Of a stretch of 13,045 bases of DNA, positions 1 to 8,844 are shown one piece after another. The translations under genes and the position numbers were made by a program. Position 1 is the stretch's first letter; every line of letters starts with the position of its first letter. The notes below the pieces were generated by a model. The model saw only the letters and a list, made by a program, of their open reading frames with translations. It was not told the DNA's origin and did not search any database. The stretch is from NCBI GenBank assembly GCA_043779265.1, contig JAYWEM010000036.1, positions 1-13,045 on the forward strand, in the 5' to 3' direction. Source of the DNA: a bacterium. Its GTDB lineage: Bacteria > Eisenbacteria > RBG-16-71-46.

Positions 1-108
1 GGTGTTCGACCGGATTCCCAGCGGCCCCCATTCAACGGCGATCTGGCGCGACAGCATGTGGACGCCCGCCTTGCTGGGGCTGTAGGGGCCGGCATTGCCG
101 ACCGGTTC
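1..108 (-). CDS. Internal fragment of a short-chain dehydrogenase/reductase (SDR); partial, runs off the window start
   Basis: Manual translation of the minus strand 108->1 gives EPVGNAGPYSPSKAGVHMLSRQIAVEWGPLGIRSNT, with the SDR YxxxK catalytic motif followed by the typical (L/I)AxEWGPxGIRxN segment. Not in the ORF track. Confidence 0.75.
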
Positions 109-109
109 G

Positions 110-1087
110 GCCGATGTGATCCACGCCGAGTCGGCGCGGGCATCGGAGTTGGCCCTGTCGCAGTTGGCGGGCGAACTCTCTCGCCGCTTGAGGGCGATCG
201 ATGATCGCCTCCGCGACGCACTGGCCGAGACCGAGGCGCGCGTGGATTTCGCCGAGGATGTCGGAGGTGTCGAGGTGCCGCCCCACGTGCGGGCCGAGAT
301 CGCCGCGCTCGCCGAGGAACTCGAGGCCATGCTGGCGGGCAGCGCGTTCGCGCGTGCGGTGCGAGAGGGCGTGCACGTTCCGATCGTCGGGTTGCCTAAT
401 GTCGGCAAGTCGTCGTTGTTCAACGCTCTGCTCGGCGAATCGCGGGCGATCGTGACCGCCGTGCCCGGGACGACGCGGGACCGCGTGAGTGAGGCGATCG
501 AGTTGCATGGCGTGCGCGTCACCCTTTCCGATACGGCGGGCGTCCGCGAGACCGACGATGTGGTCGAGTCCGAGGGCGTCGAACGAGCGATCGGTACGCT
601 CGCCGGTGCCGCGTGCGTCGTGTGGGTGGTCGACGGCAGCCAACCGCTCTCGAAGGCGGATCGTTCGTTGGGCGAGAGGCTCGCTCGAGCGCGCGTCGTG
701 GTGGCGCTGAACAAGGCGGACCTGCCGAGCGTGACGCCTCGATCGGCGATCGAGGCGCTGATTCCGGACGCGGTGGATGTGATCGAGGTCTCCGCGACGA
801 GGGCGGGCGGGGTCGAGGCGCTGCGCGCCCGTCTGGCCGAGACGGTCGGTGGCGACCCCCATGCAGCCCTGGGGGCGGCGGTCGCCAATGCACGGCATGC
901 CGAGGCGCTGACGCGTACGGCGGGAGCGCTGCGCCGTGCGGGGGCCGTGGCGGCCGATGGCGCGCCGGGTGAGATCGTCGCGCTGGAGCTGCGCGAGGCG
1001 CTCGCAGCGTGCGGCGAGGTGACCGGAGAGGGACTGGGCGAGGACATGCTGGATCGCATCTTCGGCCGCTTCTGCATCGGCAAATGA
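110..1087 (+). CDS. mnmE: tRNA modification GTPase MnmE (TrmE), 5'-truncated
   Basis: ADVIHAES helical region, G1 [10 protein letters not shown], switch PGTTRD, G3 DTAG, G4 NKAD and the C-terminal FCIGK motif. The N-terminal domain is missing: in-frame TAG at 83-85, and homology starts at about 110. Confidence 0.93.
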   Translation, partial: ADVIHAESARASELALSQLAGELSRRLRAIDDRLRDALAETEARVDFAEDVGGVEVPPHVRAEIAALAEELEAMLAGSAFARAVREGVHVPIVGLPNVGKSSLFNALLGESRAIVTAVPGTTRDRVSEAIELHGVRVTLSDTAGVRETDDVVESEGVERAIGTLAGAACVVWVVDGSQPLSKADRSLGERLARARVVVALNKADLPSVTPRSAIEALIPDAVDVIEVSATRAGGVEALRARLAETVGGDPHAALGAAVANARHAEALTRTAGALRRAGAVAADGAPGEIVALELREALAACGEVTGEGLGEDMLDRIFGRFCIGK

Positions 1088-3042
1088 GCGCGCCGACGAC
1101 TCCGCGTGGGTTGGATCTGGGGCCCGCCCCGGGCGTGCCCGTCGAGGCGCTGCCGCTCGATGCCGAGGCGGCGTCTCACCGTTCCGGGCACTTCGACGTG
1201 GTCGTGGTCGGTGCGGGTCATGCTGGCTGTGAAGCGGCGCATGCCGCGGCGCGCATGGGGCTATCGGTTGCGCTGTTGAGCGTGCAGATCGGCGACACGG
1301 CGAAGATGTCGTGCAACCCGGCGATCGGCGGCGTGGCCAAGGGGCACATGGTGCGCGAGCTCGATGCGATGGGTGGGTTGATGGGCCGCATCACCGATTC
1401 GGCCGGCATCCAGTTCAAGGTTCTCAACCGCGGCCGCGGGCCTGCGGTGTGGTCGCCGCGGGCGCAGTGCGACAAGCGCGCCTATTCGGCCGTGATGCTC
1501 GATGTGCTCGTGGCGACGCCCGGCCTGTCGTTCGTCGCCGGAACCGCCGAACGTGTGCTGATCGCGGCCGATGGATCCGCGGAGGGGCTCGAGCTGTCCG
1601 ATGGCCGCCGCCTGATGGCGCGCGCGATCGTGATCACGCCCGGCACGTTCCTCGACGGCGTGATGCACGTGGGCGAGCGGCGTGTCCCGGGTGGTCGGAT
1701 CGGGGAGCATGCGGCGCTCGCGCTCAGTCGTTGCCTCGGAGACCTCGGGCTCGAGCGAGGGCGGCTGAAGACCGGCACGCCGCCTCGGCTGCACAAGGGC
1801 AGCATCGACTACGCGGCGTGCACCGAGGCGCCGGGCGATGAGCCGCCGCGGCCGTTCTCGCATTGGACCGAGCGGCTCGAGTTGGACCAGGTGCTGTGCT
1901 GGACGACGCATACCAATGCCGCGACGCATGCGGTCATCCAGAACAACATCGCGCGCTCGCCGCTCTATTCGGGCGGCATCCAGGGGGTGGGGCCGCGTTA
2001 CTGTCCCTCGCTCGAGGACAAGGTGGTCAAGTTCCCCGAACGTACGTCGCACCATCTGTTCCTCGAGCCTGAAGGCCGCGAAGTGGATGAGATCTACGTG
2101 AATGGCGTCTCGACGAGCATGCCCGAGGACGTGCAGCTGGAGTTCCTCCGCACGATCGTCGGCCTCGAGCGCTGCGAGATGATGCGGCCCGGTTACGCCG
2201 TCGAGTACGACTTCGTGCTGCCGCACCAGCTCGACCACACGCTCCAGGTGAAGCACGTGCCCGGGCTGTGGTTGGCGGGGCAGATCTGCGGCACGTCGGG
2301 CTACGAGGAAGCTGCGGCGCAGGGCTTCATCGCAGGCGTCAATGCGGCGCGGCGTGTACGACGTGAGGCAGCGTTCGTGCTGAGACGCGACGAGGCCTAC
2401 ATCGGCGTGCTGGTGGACGACCTGGTGACGCGCGAGCATCGCGAGCCCTACCGCATGTTCACCTCGGCCGCCGAGCATCGACTGCTGCTTCGCGCCGACA
2501 ATGCGGATGAGCGTCTGGCCGAGAAGGGCCACGCGATCGGATTGCTGAGCGATGAGCAGTTGGAGCGGGTTCGTGCCCGCTATGCCGCGATCGAGGCGGA
2601 GGAGTCGCGACTCTCGCGTGTCTCGGTGCGGCCCGCGGGCGAGACGGGGCGCTCGGGCCTGACGGCTCGCGATTGGCTCGCGCGACCCGAGGGTTCGTAC
2701 GCGGGGCTGGCCTCGCTCCAGGCCGCTCCCGAACTGGCGGAGGCGGAGGGCGAGGCGCTGGAGGTGCGCATCAAGTACCGCGGCTACATCGAACGCCAGG
2801 CACGCACTGCGGCGCGCGCGGCAGCAGCCGAGTCGATGGCTCTGCCCGAGGCGCTGTGGTCGGGCGATCTGCGCGGCGTGTCCCATGAGGGAGCGGAGAA
2901 GCTGCGCCGGTGGCGGCCGGCCTCGTTGGCGCAGGCAGGGCGCATCGCCGGGGTGTCGCCGTCGGATGTTGCGGTGCTCATGGTGCTGGCGCGTCGTTCG
3001 GAACAGCCCGCCTCGGCGGGTGCGAGGCATAGTCGCGCGTGA
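1084..3042 (+). CDS. mnmG: tRNA uridine-5-carboxymethylaminomethyl modification enzyme MnmG (GidA)
   Basis: [15 protein letters not shown] motif, [58 protein letters not shown] at 1084 overlaps the mnmE stop (ATGA). Confidence 0.97.
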   Translation: MSAPTTPRGLDLGPAPGVPVEALPLDAEAASHRSGHFDVVVVGAGHAGCEAAHAAARMGLSVALLSVQIGDTAKMSCNPAIGGVAKGHMVRELDAMGGLMGRITDSAGIQFKVLNRGRGPAVWSPRAQCDKRAYSAVMLDVLVATPGLSFVAGTAERVLIAADGSAEGLELSDGRRLMARAIVITPGTFLDGVMHVGERRVPGGRIGEHAALALSRCLGDLGLERGRLKTGTPPRLHKGSIDYAACTEAPGDEPPRPFSHWTERLELDQVLCWTTHTNAATHAVIQNNIARSPLYSGGIQGVGPRYCPSLEDKVVKFPERTSHHLFLEPEGREVDEIYVNGVSTSMPEDVQLEFLRTIVGLERCEMMRPGYAVEYDFVLPHQLDHTLQVKHVPGLWLAGQICGTSGYEEAAAQGFIAGVNAARRVRREAAFVLRRDEAYIGVLVDDLVTREHREPYRMFTSAAEHRLLLRADNADERLAEKGHAIGLLSDEQLERVRARYAAIEAEESRLSRVSVRPAGETGRSGLTARDWLARPEGSYAGLASLQAAPELAEAEGEALEVRIKYRGYIERQARTAARAAAAESMALPEALWSGDLRGVSHEGAEKLRRWRPASLAQAGRIAGVSPSDVAVLMVLARRSEQPASAGARHSRA

Positions 3043-3397
3043 CGCTCGTGAACACGGTATCCACCGTGATCCCATCGCGTTGGAGCATCAGGCGCCCGTA
3101 GCGTTTTGAGGTGTGGGTGACTGCGGAATCCCTGTGGGCGAACAGCGAGTCGATCCGTGTCGCGACCACGCGATGCTCGGTGATGATGCCCCAGTCGTGG
3201 AGGATCGCGGCGCGCTTCTCGTCTCGGTCCAGGACCTCGCCGTGTTCGTCGCCGACGGAATCGTTCTCGACCTGGAAGTCGGGAGTGAGTACCGAGCGAT
3301 GCGCGTCGAAGTCCTCGCGCCTGGTGGCTTCGTTGCGTCGGGGGTGCTGGGCTTCGATCCCGCGACTCGCGACGCCGGACGGGCGATCGCGCCACAC
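2978..3397 (-). pseudogene. Degenerate or truncated NTF2-like (SnoaL/DUF4440-type) gene remnant, antisense between mnmG and rsmG
   Basis: The minus frame has coding-like GC3 codons and reads GIEAQHPRRNEATRREDFDAHRSVLTPDFQVE...TRIDSL...DSAVTHTSKRYGRLMLQRDGITVDTVFTS, resembling an NTF2-fold helix/helix/strand pattern. Possible GTG start at 3397 with GGAG upstream. The 3' end runs into mnmG. Family assigned by eye. Confidence 0.45.
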
Positions 3398-3475
3398 ACT
3401 GGGACACTCCAGGGGCCGCAATCGTCGGAGACGAGCGGGCGGGCCGCGGCAGGTGTGAGGTGCGGTGAAACCAGC

Positions 3476-3490
3476 TATGTTGCGGGCATG
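3476..3490 (+). promoter_or_regulatory. Candidate -10 element (TATGTT) 6 nt upstream of the rsmG ATG; possible leaderless promoter
   Basis: TATGTT at 3476-3481, then GCGGGC and ATG at 3488, with no SD sequence. The same TATGTTGCGG 10-mer occurs in the parA promoter. Confidence 0.35.
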
Positions 3491-4243
3491 TTCCCACCCA
3501 GAGGGCGGCAGAAAAGTGGGCGTCCGGCCCCGCCCAGGACGCAGAGACAGGCACCGGATCCGCGACGCAGTCGGGTCGATCCCGGCGTGCTCATCGCCAG
3601 GCAGCGCTGGTCGCTCATCGAACCGCTGGTTCCGGGCGACGATGCCGCGCGTGCGGAGTCGCTCGGCAAGCTCCGCGAGTACGGCCGGATGTTGCTCGAT
3701 TGGAATCAGGGCGTCTCGAACTTGATCTCGAGACACGACGAGCTTCGCCTGGTCGAGCGGCACATGCGCGAGTCGATCGAGCCCGCCCGCATTCTGATCG
3801 ACTCGGGCTGCAAGCGTTTCGTCGACTTCGGGTCGGGAGCCGGGCTGCCCGTCATCCCTCTGCTGCTGTGCGGCGTGGGCGAGCACTGGACCGCGGTGGA
3901 GTCGCGCCGCAATAAGACGTTGTTCATGCGTAAAGTCAAGCAAGACATGAAGTTAGAGAATATCAACATCGTGACGAATCGGCTCGAGGTGGCGATCGGA
4001 GAGGATTCCGCGGCGCTGGCGTGCGATGGATTCACGTCGCGCGCCACGATGACGCTCGGGCCGACGCTCGAGATGGCCAGCCTGATCGTCGAGTCGGGCG
4101 GCAAGGCGTTCCTGTGGAAGGGCAGCAGCCATGAGGAGGAGCGTGCACAAGGCGAGGCGGAGTGGAGCCAGAGTTGGAAGTTCGAAGGCGCTCACGCGAT
4201 CGGCGAAGGCCCGACAGTAGTCTGTGTATTCGCAAGGCTATAA
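3488..4243 (+). CDS. rsmG: 16S rRNA m7G527 methyltransferase RsmG (GidB)
   Basis: WNQGVSNLIS, RHMRES, SAM motif VDFGSGAGLP, VESRRNK, TSRA, WKG. Canonical position between mnmG and parA. Start taken as ATG 3488; the longer ORF-track start is unlikely. Confidence 0.92.
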   Translation: MFPPRGRQKSGRPAPPRTQRQAPDPRRSRVDPGVLIARQRWSLIEPLVPGDDAARAESLGKLREYGRMLLDWNQGVSNLISRHDELRLVERHMRESIEPARILIDSGCKRFVDFGSGAGLPVIPLLLCGVGEHWTAVESRRNKTLFMRKVKQDMKLENINIVTNRLEVAIGEDSAALACDGFTSRATMTLGPTLEMASLIVESGGKAFLWKGSSHEEERAQGEAEWSQSWKFEGAHAIGEGPTVVCVFARL

Positions 4244-4269
4244 ACGTTTTACTGATATTTGAAACGACA

Positions 4270-4285
4270 GGTTCCACGTGGAACA
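4270..4285. promoter_or_regulatory. parS: parS centromere-like site
   Basis: GGTTCCACGTGGAACA, containing the perfect 14-bp palindrome GTTCCACGTGGAAC. Matches the bacterial parS consensus TGTTNCACGTGAAACA and lies upstream of parA. Confidence 0.9.
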
Positions 4286-4291
4286 TGATGC

Positions 4292-4321
4292 TTGAGTGCG
4301 CTGCATGGACACTGGTATGTT
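4292..4321 (+). promoter_or_regulatory. Putative sigma70 promoter for parAB
   Basis: TTGAGT (4292-4297), 18-bp spacer, TATGTT (4316-4321), with an extended -10 TG at 4313-4314. Confidence 0.5.
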
Positions 4322-4451
4322 GCGGCCCCACAGCGAGTGCTGTTCGCCTCCTCGCCTGTGCTCACCGCACACCTTCGCAGGGCCGGCTGAGCCTCACGGC
4401 CCCGCATTCCTCCCCCGCAGCGCCGGAGTCGCGCGCGTAGAGAGTCAGGGA

Positions 4452-5213
4452 ATGGGACGCATCATCTCCATCGCCAGCCAGAAGGGCGGCGTAGGGAAAA
4501 CGACGACGAGCATCAATCTGGGGGCTTGCCTGGCGCAAGAGGGCAAGCGTGTCCTCCTGGTCGACATCGATCCGCAGGGCAACTGCACCAGTGGCGTCGG
4601 GATCAACGGCAACGATCAGCGCAATACGATCTACGAGGTGCTGATCGGTCAGGCCGAGATCGAGCAGGCGATCCTGCCCACGGCGCTGAGCACGCTGGAT
4701 GTGCTGCCCGCTGGACAACGGCTCTCCGGGGCCGAGGTCGAGCTGGTCGGGATGATGGCTCGCGAGATCAAGTTGAAAACGGCGCTGAGCCGGATCCGCG
4801 ACCGCTACGACTACATCCTCATCGACAGCCCGCCTTCACTGGGGCTGTTGACCGTGAACTCGCTCACGGCCTCCGACTCGGTGATCATCCCGCTCCAGTG
4901 CGAGTATCTCGCGCTCGAGGGGCTGACGCAGCTCATCGGAGCCATTCGACTCGTACAGGACCATCTGAATCCGGGCTTGCGCATCGAGGGCGTCCTGCTC
5001 ACCATGTTCGACGCGCGGCTCTCGCTCTCCAAGCAGGTGGCGGACGAGGCGAGGAAGTTCTTCTCCGACCGTGTCTATCGGACGGTGATCCCGCGCAACG
5101 TGCGATTGAGCGAGGCGCCATCGTTCGGTAAGCCCATCGTGCTCTACGACCCGCATTCAAGCGGGGCAGACAGTTATCGTGAACTCGCTCGAGAGGTGAT
5201 CGAACATGAGTAG
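4452..5213 (+). CDS. parA: Chromosome partitioning ATPase ParA (Soj)
   Basis: Deviant Walker A QKGGVGKTTT, VDIDPQGN, IDSPPSLG, PLQCEYLALEG, IPRNVRLSEAPSFGKP. ATG at 4452. Confidence 0.96.
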   Translation: MGRIISIASQKGGVGKTTTSINLGACLAQEGKRVLLVDIDPQGNCTSGVGINGNDQRNTIYEVLIGQAEIEQAILPTALSTLDVLPAGQRLSGAEVELVGMMAREIKLKTALSRIRDRYDYILIDSPPSLGLLTVNSLTASDSVIIPLQCEYLALEGLTQLIGAIRLVQDHLNPGLRIEGVLLTMFDARLSLSKQVADEARKFFSDRVYRTVIPRNVRLSEAPSFGKPIVLYDPHSSGADSYRELAREVIEHE

Positions 5214-6096
5214 GAAGGTGCTTGGCAGGGGGCTCGAAGCCCTCATCTCGCCTGCAACAGCCGCCGAGGCCGCGTCGGGTCGAACAGCCGTGGCGGAAGC
5301 TCCGGCCATGCCCGTGCAGGGAGGCGTCGCGAAGCTCCCCACCGGGTCCATTGGCACGAACCCGTTCCAGCCTCGGCGTCGCTTCGATGACGAGTCGTTG
5401 GGCGAGCTCGCGGACTCCATCCGGGCGAATGGCATCATCCAGCCGGTGCTCGTCCGCCGAATCGGGCCTGACGACTTCCAGCTCGTGGCCGGCGAGCGCC
5501 GCCTGCGGGCCGCGCACCTGGTCGGGCTGGAGACCGTGCCTGCCATCATCCGCGATTACGACGACCGCGAGATGATGGAGATCGCGCTCATTGAGAACAT
5601 CCAGCGCGAGGACCTCAACCCGATCGATGAAGCCCGTGCCTACGAGGCGCTGATCGAGAAGGTCGGCCTGACCCACGAGCAGCTCTCCGAGCGCGTCGGC
5701 AAGCAGCGCAGCTCCATCTCGAACAGCCTTCGCCTGCTTGGCCTGCCGCCCGAGGTGCTGGAGATGGTTTCACGTGGAACACTCTCAGCTGGAAATGGTA
5801 GAGCGTTGTTGGGACTCGAGAAGCCGGGAGACGTTCTCTCGGCGGCCCGCTACGTCGTCAACAAGGGATTCTCGGTCCGGCGGACCGAGGCGTTCGTTCG
5901 CCGCCGTCAACGGACCGTCCACTCGCGGCCGCGCAAGGCCAAGCTCGAGGGCTCGGGTGAGTTCGAGACCAAGCTCCAGCAGCAGTTCGGCACCCACGTT
6001 GTCATCACCCCTGGCCGCAAGGGTGGCAAGGTGGAGTTCGAGTTCTACAGTCAGGAGGACCTAGAGCGATTGCTCGAGGCGTGGGGCGTCCTCTAG
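5206..6096 (+). CDS. parB: Chromosome partitioning CTPase ParB (Spo0J)
   Basis: N-terminal LGRGLEALI, NPFQPRRRF, GIIQP, arginine patch AGERRLRA, ENIQREDLNPIDEA, HTH. Overlaps the parA stop. Confidence 0.96.
   Translation: MSRKVLGRGLEALISPATAAEAASGRTAVAEAPAMPVQGGVAKLPTGSIGTNPFQPRRRFDDESLGELADSIRANGIIQPVLVRRIGPDDFQLVAGERRLRAAHLVGLETVPAIIRDYDDREMMEIALIENIQREDLNPIDEARAYEALIEKVGLTHEQLSERVGKQRSSISNSLRLLGLPPEVLEMVSRGTLSAGNGRALLGLEKPGDVLSAARYVVNKGFSVRRTEAFVRRRQRTVHSRPRKAKLEGSGEFETKLQQQFGTHVVITPGRKGGKVEFEFYSQEDLERLLEAWGVL
5766..5781. promoter_or_regulatory. parS: parS site inside the parB coding sequence
   Basis: GGTTTCACGTGGAACA, near-consensus parS, encoded with locally atypical AT-rich codons (GTT TCA CGT GGA ACA). 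Confidence 0.88.
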
Positions 6097-6207
6097 CCTC
6101 GCATCGCCTTGGATAGTGTTCCGGTGCAGCGTCGGGTGAACGGATCACCCGGCCCGAGTGAAGTGGCCGGCAGCCGGCGTCGATGGATCGACTCGATGGG
6201 AGGCCCC

Positions 6208-6600
6208 ATGTTCCGAAGCAAGCAAGCGCCTGAGGAAGCCCCGCCGGCGATCACCGTCATCGGAGTGAGCTCGAGCTTCCGGGGCACGATCATGGTGACC
6301 GGGACTCTCCAGATCGATGGCGAGTTCGACGGCGACATCCTCAATTGCGATCGACTCGAAGTCGGGGAGCACGGAGTCATGCGCGCGGATGTCGAGGTCA
6401 AAGAGGCCCTCGTGAAGGGCAAGGTCGTCGGCAACATCCGAGCGCTCGGGTCGATCGAGATGAAGTCGGGCTCGCGGGTCGAGGGCGACGTCTCGGCCGT
6501 CAACGTGATCATGGAGCCAGGAGTCTTCTTCTCGGGCCGCTGTACCATGCTCGAGGGAACCGCGGGGGCAGTCCTGCTCGGCGACTCGCGCGGAAGGTGA
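6208..6600 (+). CDS. Bactofilin (polymer-forming cytoskeletal protein, DUF583)
   Basis: TVIGVSSSFRGTI...LQIDGEFDGDI...LEVGEHGVMRADV...VKGKVVGNI...VEGDV...MEPGVFFSGRC beta-helix repeats. GGAGG RBS at 6199-6203 before ATG 6208. Confidence 0.9.
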   Translation: MFRSKQAPEEAPPAITVIGVSSSFRGTIMVTGTLQIDGEFDGDILNCDRLEVGEHGVMRADVEVKEALVKGKVVGNIRALGSIEMKSGSRVEGDVSAVNVIMEPGVFFSGRCTMLEGTAGAVLLGDSRGR

Positions 6601-7901
6601 GCCGAGCGGGCGAGCAGAGTCCAGCCACGAAGTGTCGGCCGAGGTTGTCATCTGCCCTCTCCACGCTCGCGTGTATAGTTCTAACGTGTTGTTGCGCTAT
6701 CCGTTGTAATGCGTCATCAGCGCATATCGATACGCTCTCCCACGTCACGTTGGATGGCGCCATCCTGATGACACTCCCGGTCAGCGGGCCCGCCGTGGAC
6801 ACGTCGGGCGTCTTCATCCTCGACACCGGGGCCGGCTACCTCGCGCTGGATGAGGCATTCGCGAAGGCGATCGGCTACCGCGCGGGAGCCAGCGGTGACG
6901 CCACCATCCGCTTCCTCGGCGAACCGCTGCCCAAGTTGGGACTGGGAACTCTGACACGCGAACAGATCGAGCCCGTCCTGGCGCTCGATCTCACCGACGT
7001 GCGCGCCGCCACCGACCGACCCGTCGTCGGACTGTTGGGAGTCGACCTCTTCCGAGACGACGCGATCGTCATCGACGATGATCAGGGCGAGTTGCTTCTA
7101 GTCCGTGGCGGCGAACGGATCGCATCGGCCGACCCGATCGTCCGCTCGCAGGCGCGACTCGCTGATGTGCTGGGCTCGGACGCGCAGCCGATGCGATACG
7201 AGCGGATCGGTGACGGGAAGATCGCGCTCCGTGCGACGATCCCGGGGGCCCGCGACACACTCCTCCTGATCCTCGACACCGGCGCGACGAAGACCGTGCT
7301 GTTCGAACGATGGCTGGCCAAGGTCGGCAACCCAGAGCGCGAATGGCATGCCCTCAAGGGGCTGCGGGCGCCGACTCTGTATGGCGACGTCCCGCTCCGG
7401 CTCGTCCGCGTGCCTCGCCTCTCGCTGCTTGGCGGAACGCGGCCCCTGACGGTCGATCGGATGGATGCGGGCGTCATCCAAGGTGGCCTCGCCGAGGCTC
7501 TCAATCGCGCTCTCGACCGCGACATCGCCGGCCTCCTCGGGTTCAGCTTCACGCGCCGGTTCCGTCTCGCGATCGACTTCCGCGAACGCGTCCTGTGGTG
7601 GTCGCCGCGCTCGGTCGGGACCGACCATCGCGAGTTCGAGCACTCGAGCGTGGGGCTCCAATTGAAACGGGACACGAAGGGGATCCGGGTCGTCTCCGTC
7701 GCCTCGGGCTCTCCCGCAGCGCGAGCCGGCATCCGGGCGGGCGACTTGATCCGCGCGCTCGACGGCACTTCGGTCGATGCGCTCAGCATGGATCGAGTGG
7801 GGATGCGCCTGGAGGGTCGTCCCGGAACCACCGTGCACCTGACGCTCACCCGTGGGCATCGCACCTACGAGCGCACGGTGACGCGTGTCCGACTCCTCTG
7901 A
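6597..7901 (+). CDS. Exported retropepsin-like aspartyl protease with two DTG domains and a C-terminal PDZ domain
   Basis: FILDTGA...GLLG and LILDTGA...GLLG tandem retropepsin motifs; PDZ GLQL...VASGSPAARAGIRAGDLIRALDG; hydrophobic signal-like N-terminus. Start uncertain (GTG 6597 overlaps the bactofilin stop). Confidence 0.8.
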   Translation: MSRAGEQSPATKCRPRLSSALSTLACIVLTCCCAIRCNASSAHIDTLSHVTLDGAILMTLPVSGPAVDTSGVFILDTGAGYLALDEAFAKAIGYRAGASGDATIRFLGEPLPKLGLGTLTREQIEPVLALDLTDVRAATDRPVVGLLGVDLFRDDAIVIDDDQGELLLVRGGERIASADPIVRSQARLADVLGSDAQPMRYERIGDGKIALRATIPGARDTLLLILDTGATKTVLFERWLAKVGNPEREWHALKGLRAPTLYGDVPLRLVRVPRLSLLGGTRPLTVDRMDAGVIQGGLAEALNRALDRDIAGLLGFSFTRRFRLAIDFRERVLWWSPRSVGTDHREFEHSSVGLQLKRDTKGIRVVSVASGSPAARAGIRAGDLIRALDGTSVDALSMDRVGMRLEGRPGTTVHLTLTRGHRTYERTVTRVRLL

Positions 7902-8844
7902 CGCCGCGCGGCGCCGAGTTGCCGCCGGACGTTGGTACATCATCGCCGCGGCCATGTTCTGGGGGCTCAGCGCGACGCTCGCGAGATTCGTGTTCCGCGA
8001 TCGGCAGGTGCCCCCACTGACGGCCGTCGAACTGCGGCTCGTCTTCGCCCTTCTGGTGCTCGTGCCCTGGATGCTCGTGGCGAAGCGCGGTTCGTTCCGC
8101 ATCGTGAAGGCGGACATCGGCTACTTCATCATCCTCGGCTTGTTCGGAGTCGCGGCGGTCCAGGGCAGCTACTACTTCGCCATCGCGAGGCTCGGCGTCG
8201 GTCTCGCCATCCTGATCCAGTACCTCGCCCCATCGCTCATCGTCGTGTGGGACCTGCTGCGGGGTCGGCGCGTGAAGGGCGTCATCTGGGGGTCGATCAC
8301 CTGCGCCCTCGTCGGCACGGCGCTCCTGGTCGGCGCGGTCGAGCCGGGGGCTCTGCGCGCGGATCCGCTCGGCTGGGTCGTCGGCTTCGCCAGCGCCTTC
8401 ATCTTCGCCTTCTACATCCTCTACACCAAGCGCGGCCTCGCACGCTATCCGTCGGAGACCGTGCTCTTCTACACCTTCACGATCGCAGCGATCTTCTGGG
8501 CGATCATCACGCCGCCGTGGACGATCCTCCAAGCCGGCTATCCGCCCGAACTGTGGCTGATGTTCCTCGCACTCGGACTCTTCTCGACCCTCGTGCCCTT
8601 CGCACTGTTCAACATCGGACTCCATCGAGTGGCTCCGGTGGAAGCCGGCATCCTCGCGACGAGTGAACCCGTCATCGCGGTCGCAGCGGCGGCCCTGCTG
8701 TTGGGTGAGTCTCCGAGCCCCATGCAACTCATCGGAGCGCTGCTCGTGCTCGCGGCGGCGATCATGGCCTCGATCGGCGGCACGCCGCCTCGGCCCCTCA
8801 GCGCTTCGCCGGACGAGCCGCGCGTGACCAACGCGCCCCACTGA
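7885..8844 (+). CDS. EamA/DMT family transporter
   Basis: About 10 hydrophobic helices in two EamA repeats: AAMFWG, LAILIQYLAP, EPVIAV..ALLLGE..QLIGALLVL. Confidence 0.88.
   Translation: MSDSSDAARRRVAAGRWYIIAAAMFWGLSATLARFVFRDRQVPPLTAVELRLVFALLVLVPWMLVAKRGSFRIVKADIGYFIILGLFGVAAVQGSYYFAIARLGVGLAILIQYLAPSLIVVWDLLRGRRVKGVIWGSITCALVGTALLVGAVEPGALRADPLGWVVGFASAFIFAFYILYTKRGLARYPSETVLFYTFTIAAIFWAIITPPWTILQAGYPPELWLMFLALGLFSTLVPFALFNIGLHRVAPVEAGILATSEPVIAVAAAALLLGESPSPMQLIGALLVLAAAIMASIGGTPPRPLSASPDEPRVTNAPH

Noticed and set aside
32..3075. Long antisense ORFs (32..898, 1261..3075) and other overlapping Arg/Pro-rich ORFs across the window
   Set aside because: Shadow ORFs of GC-rich genes with no recognisable motifs; they overlap well-supported genes.
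3113..3487. 125-aa N-terminal extension of RsmG in the ORF track
   Set aside because: It is the antisense read-through of the minus-strand remnant; RsmG-like sequence starts after ATG 3488.
4296..4451. Extended ParA start at 4296
   Set aside because: It overlaps the promoter region; the ParA fold begins at MGRIISIASQKGG (ATG 4452).
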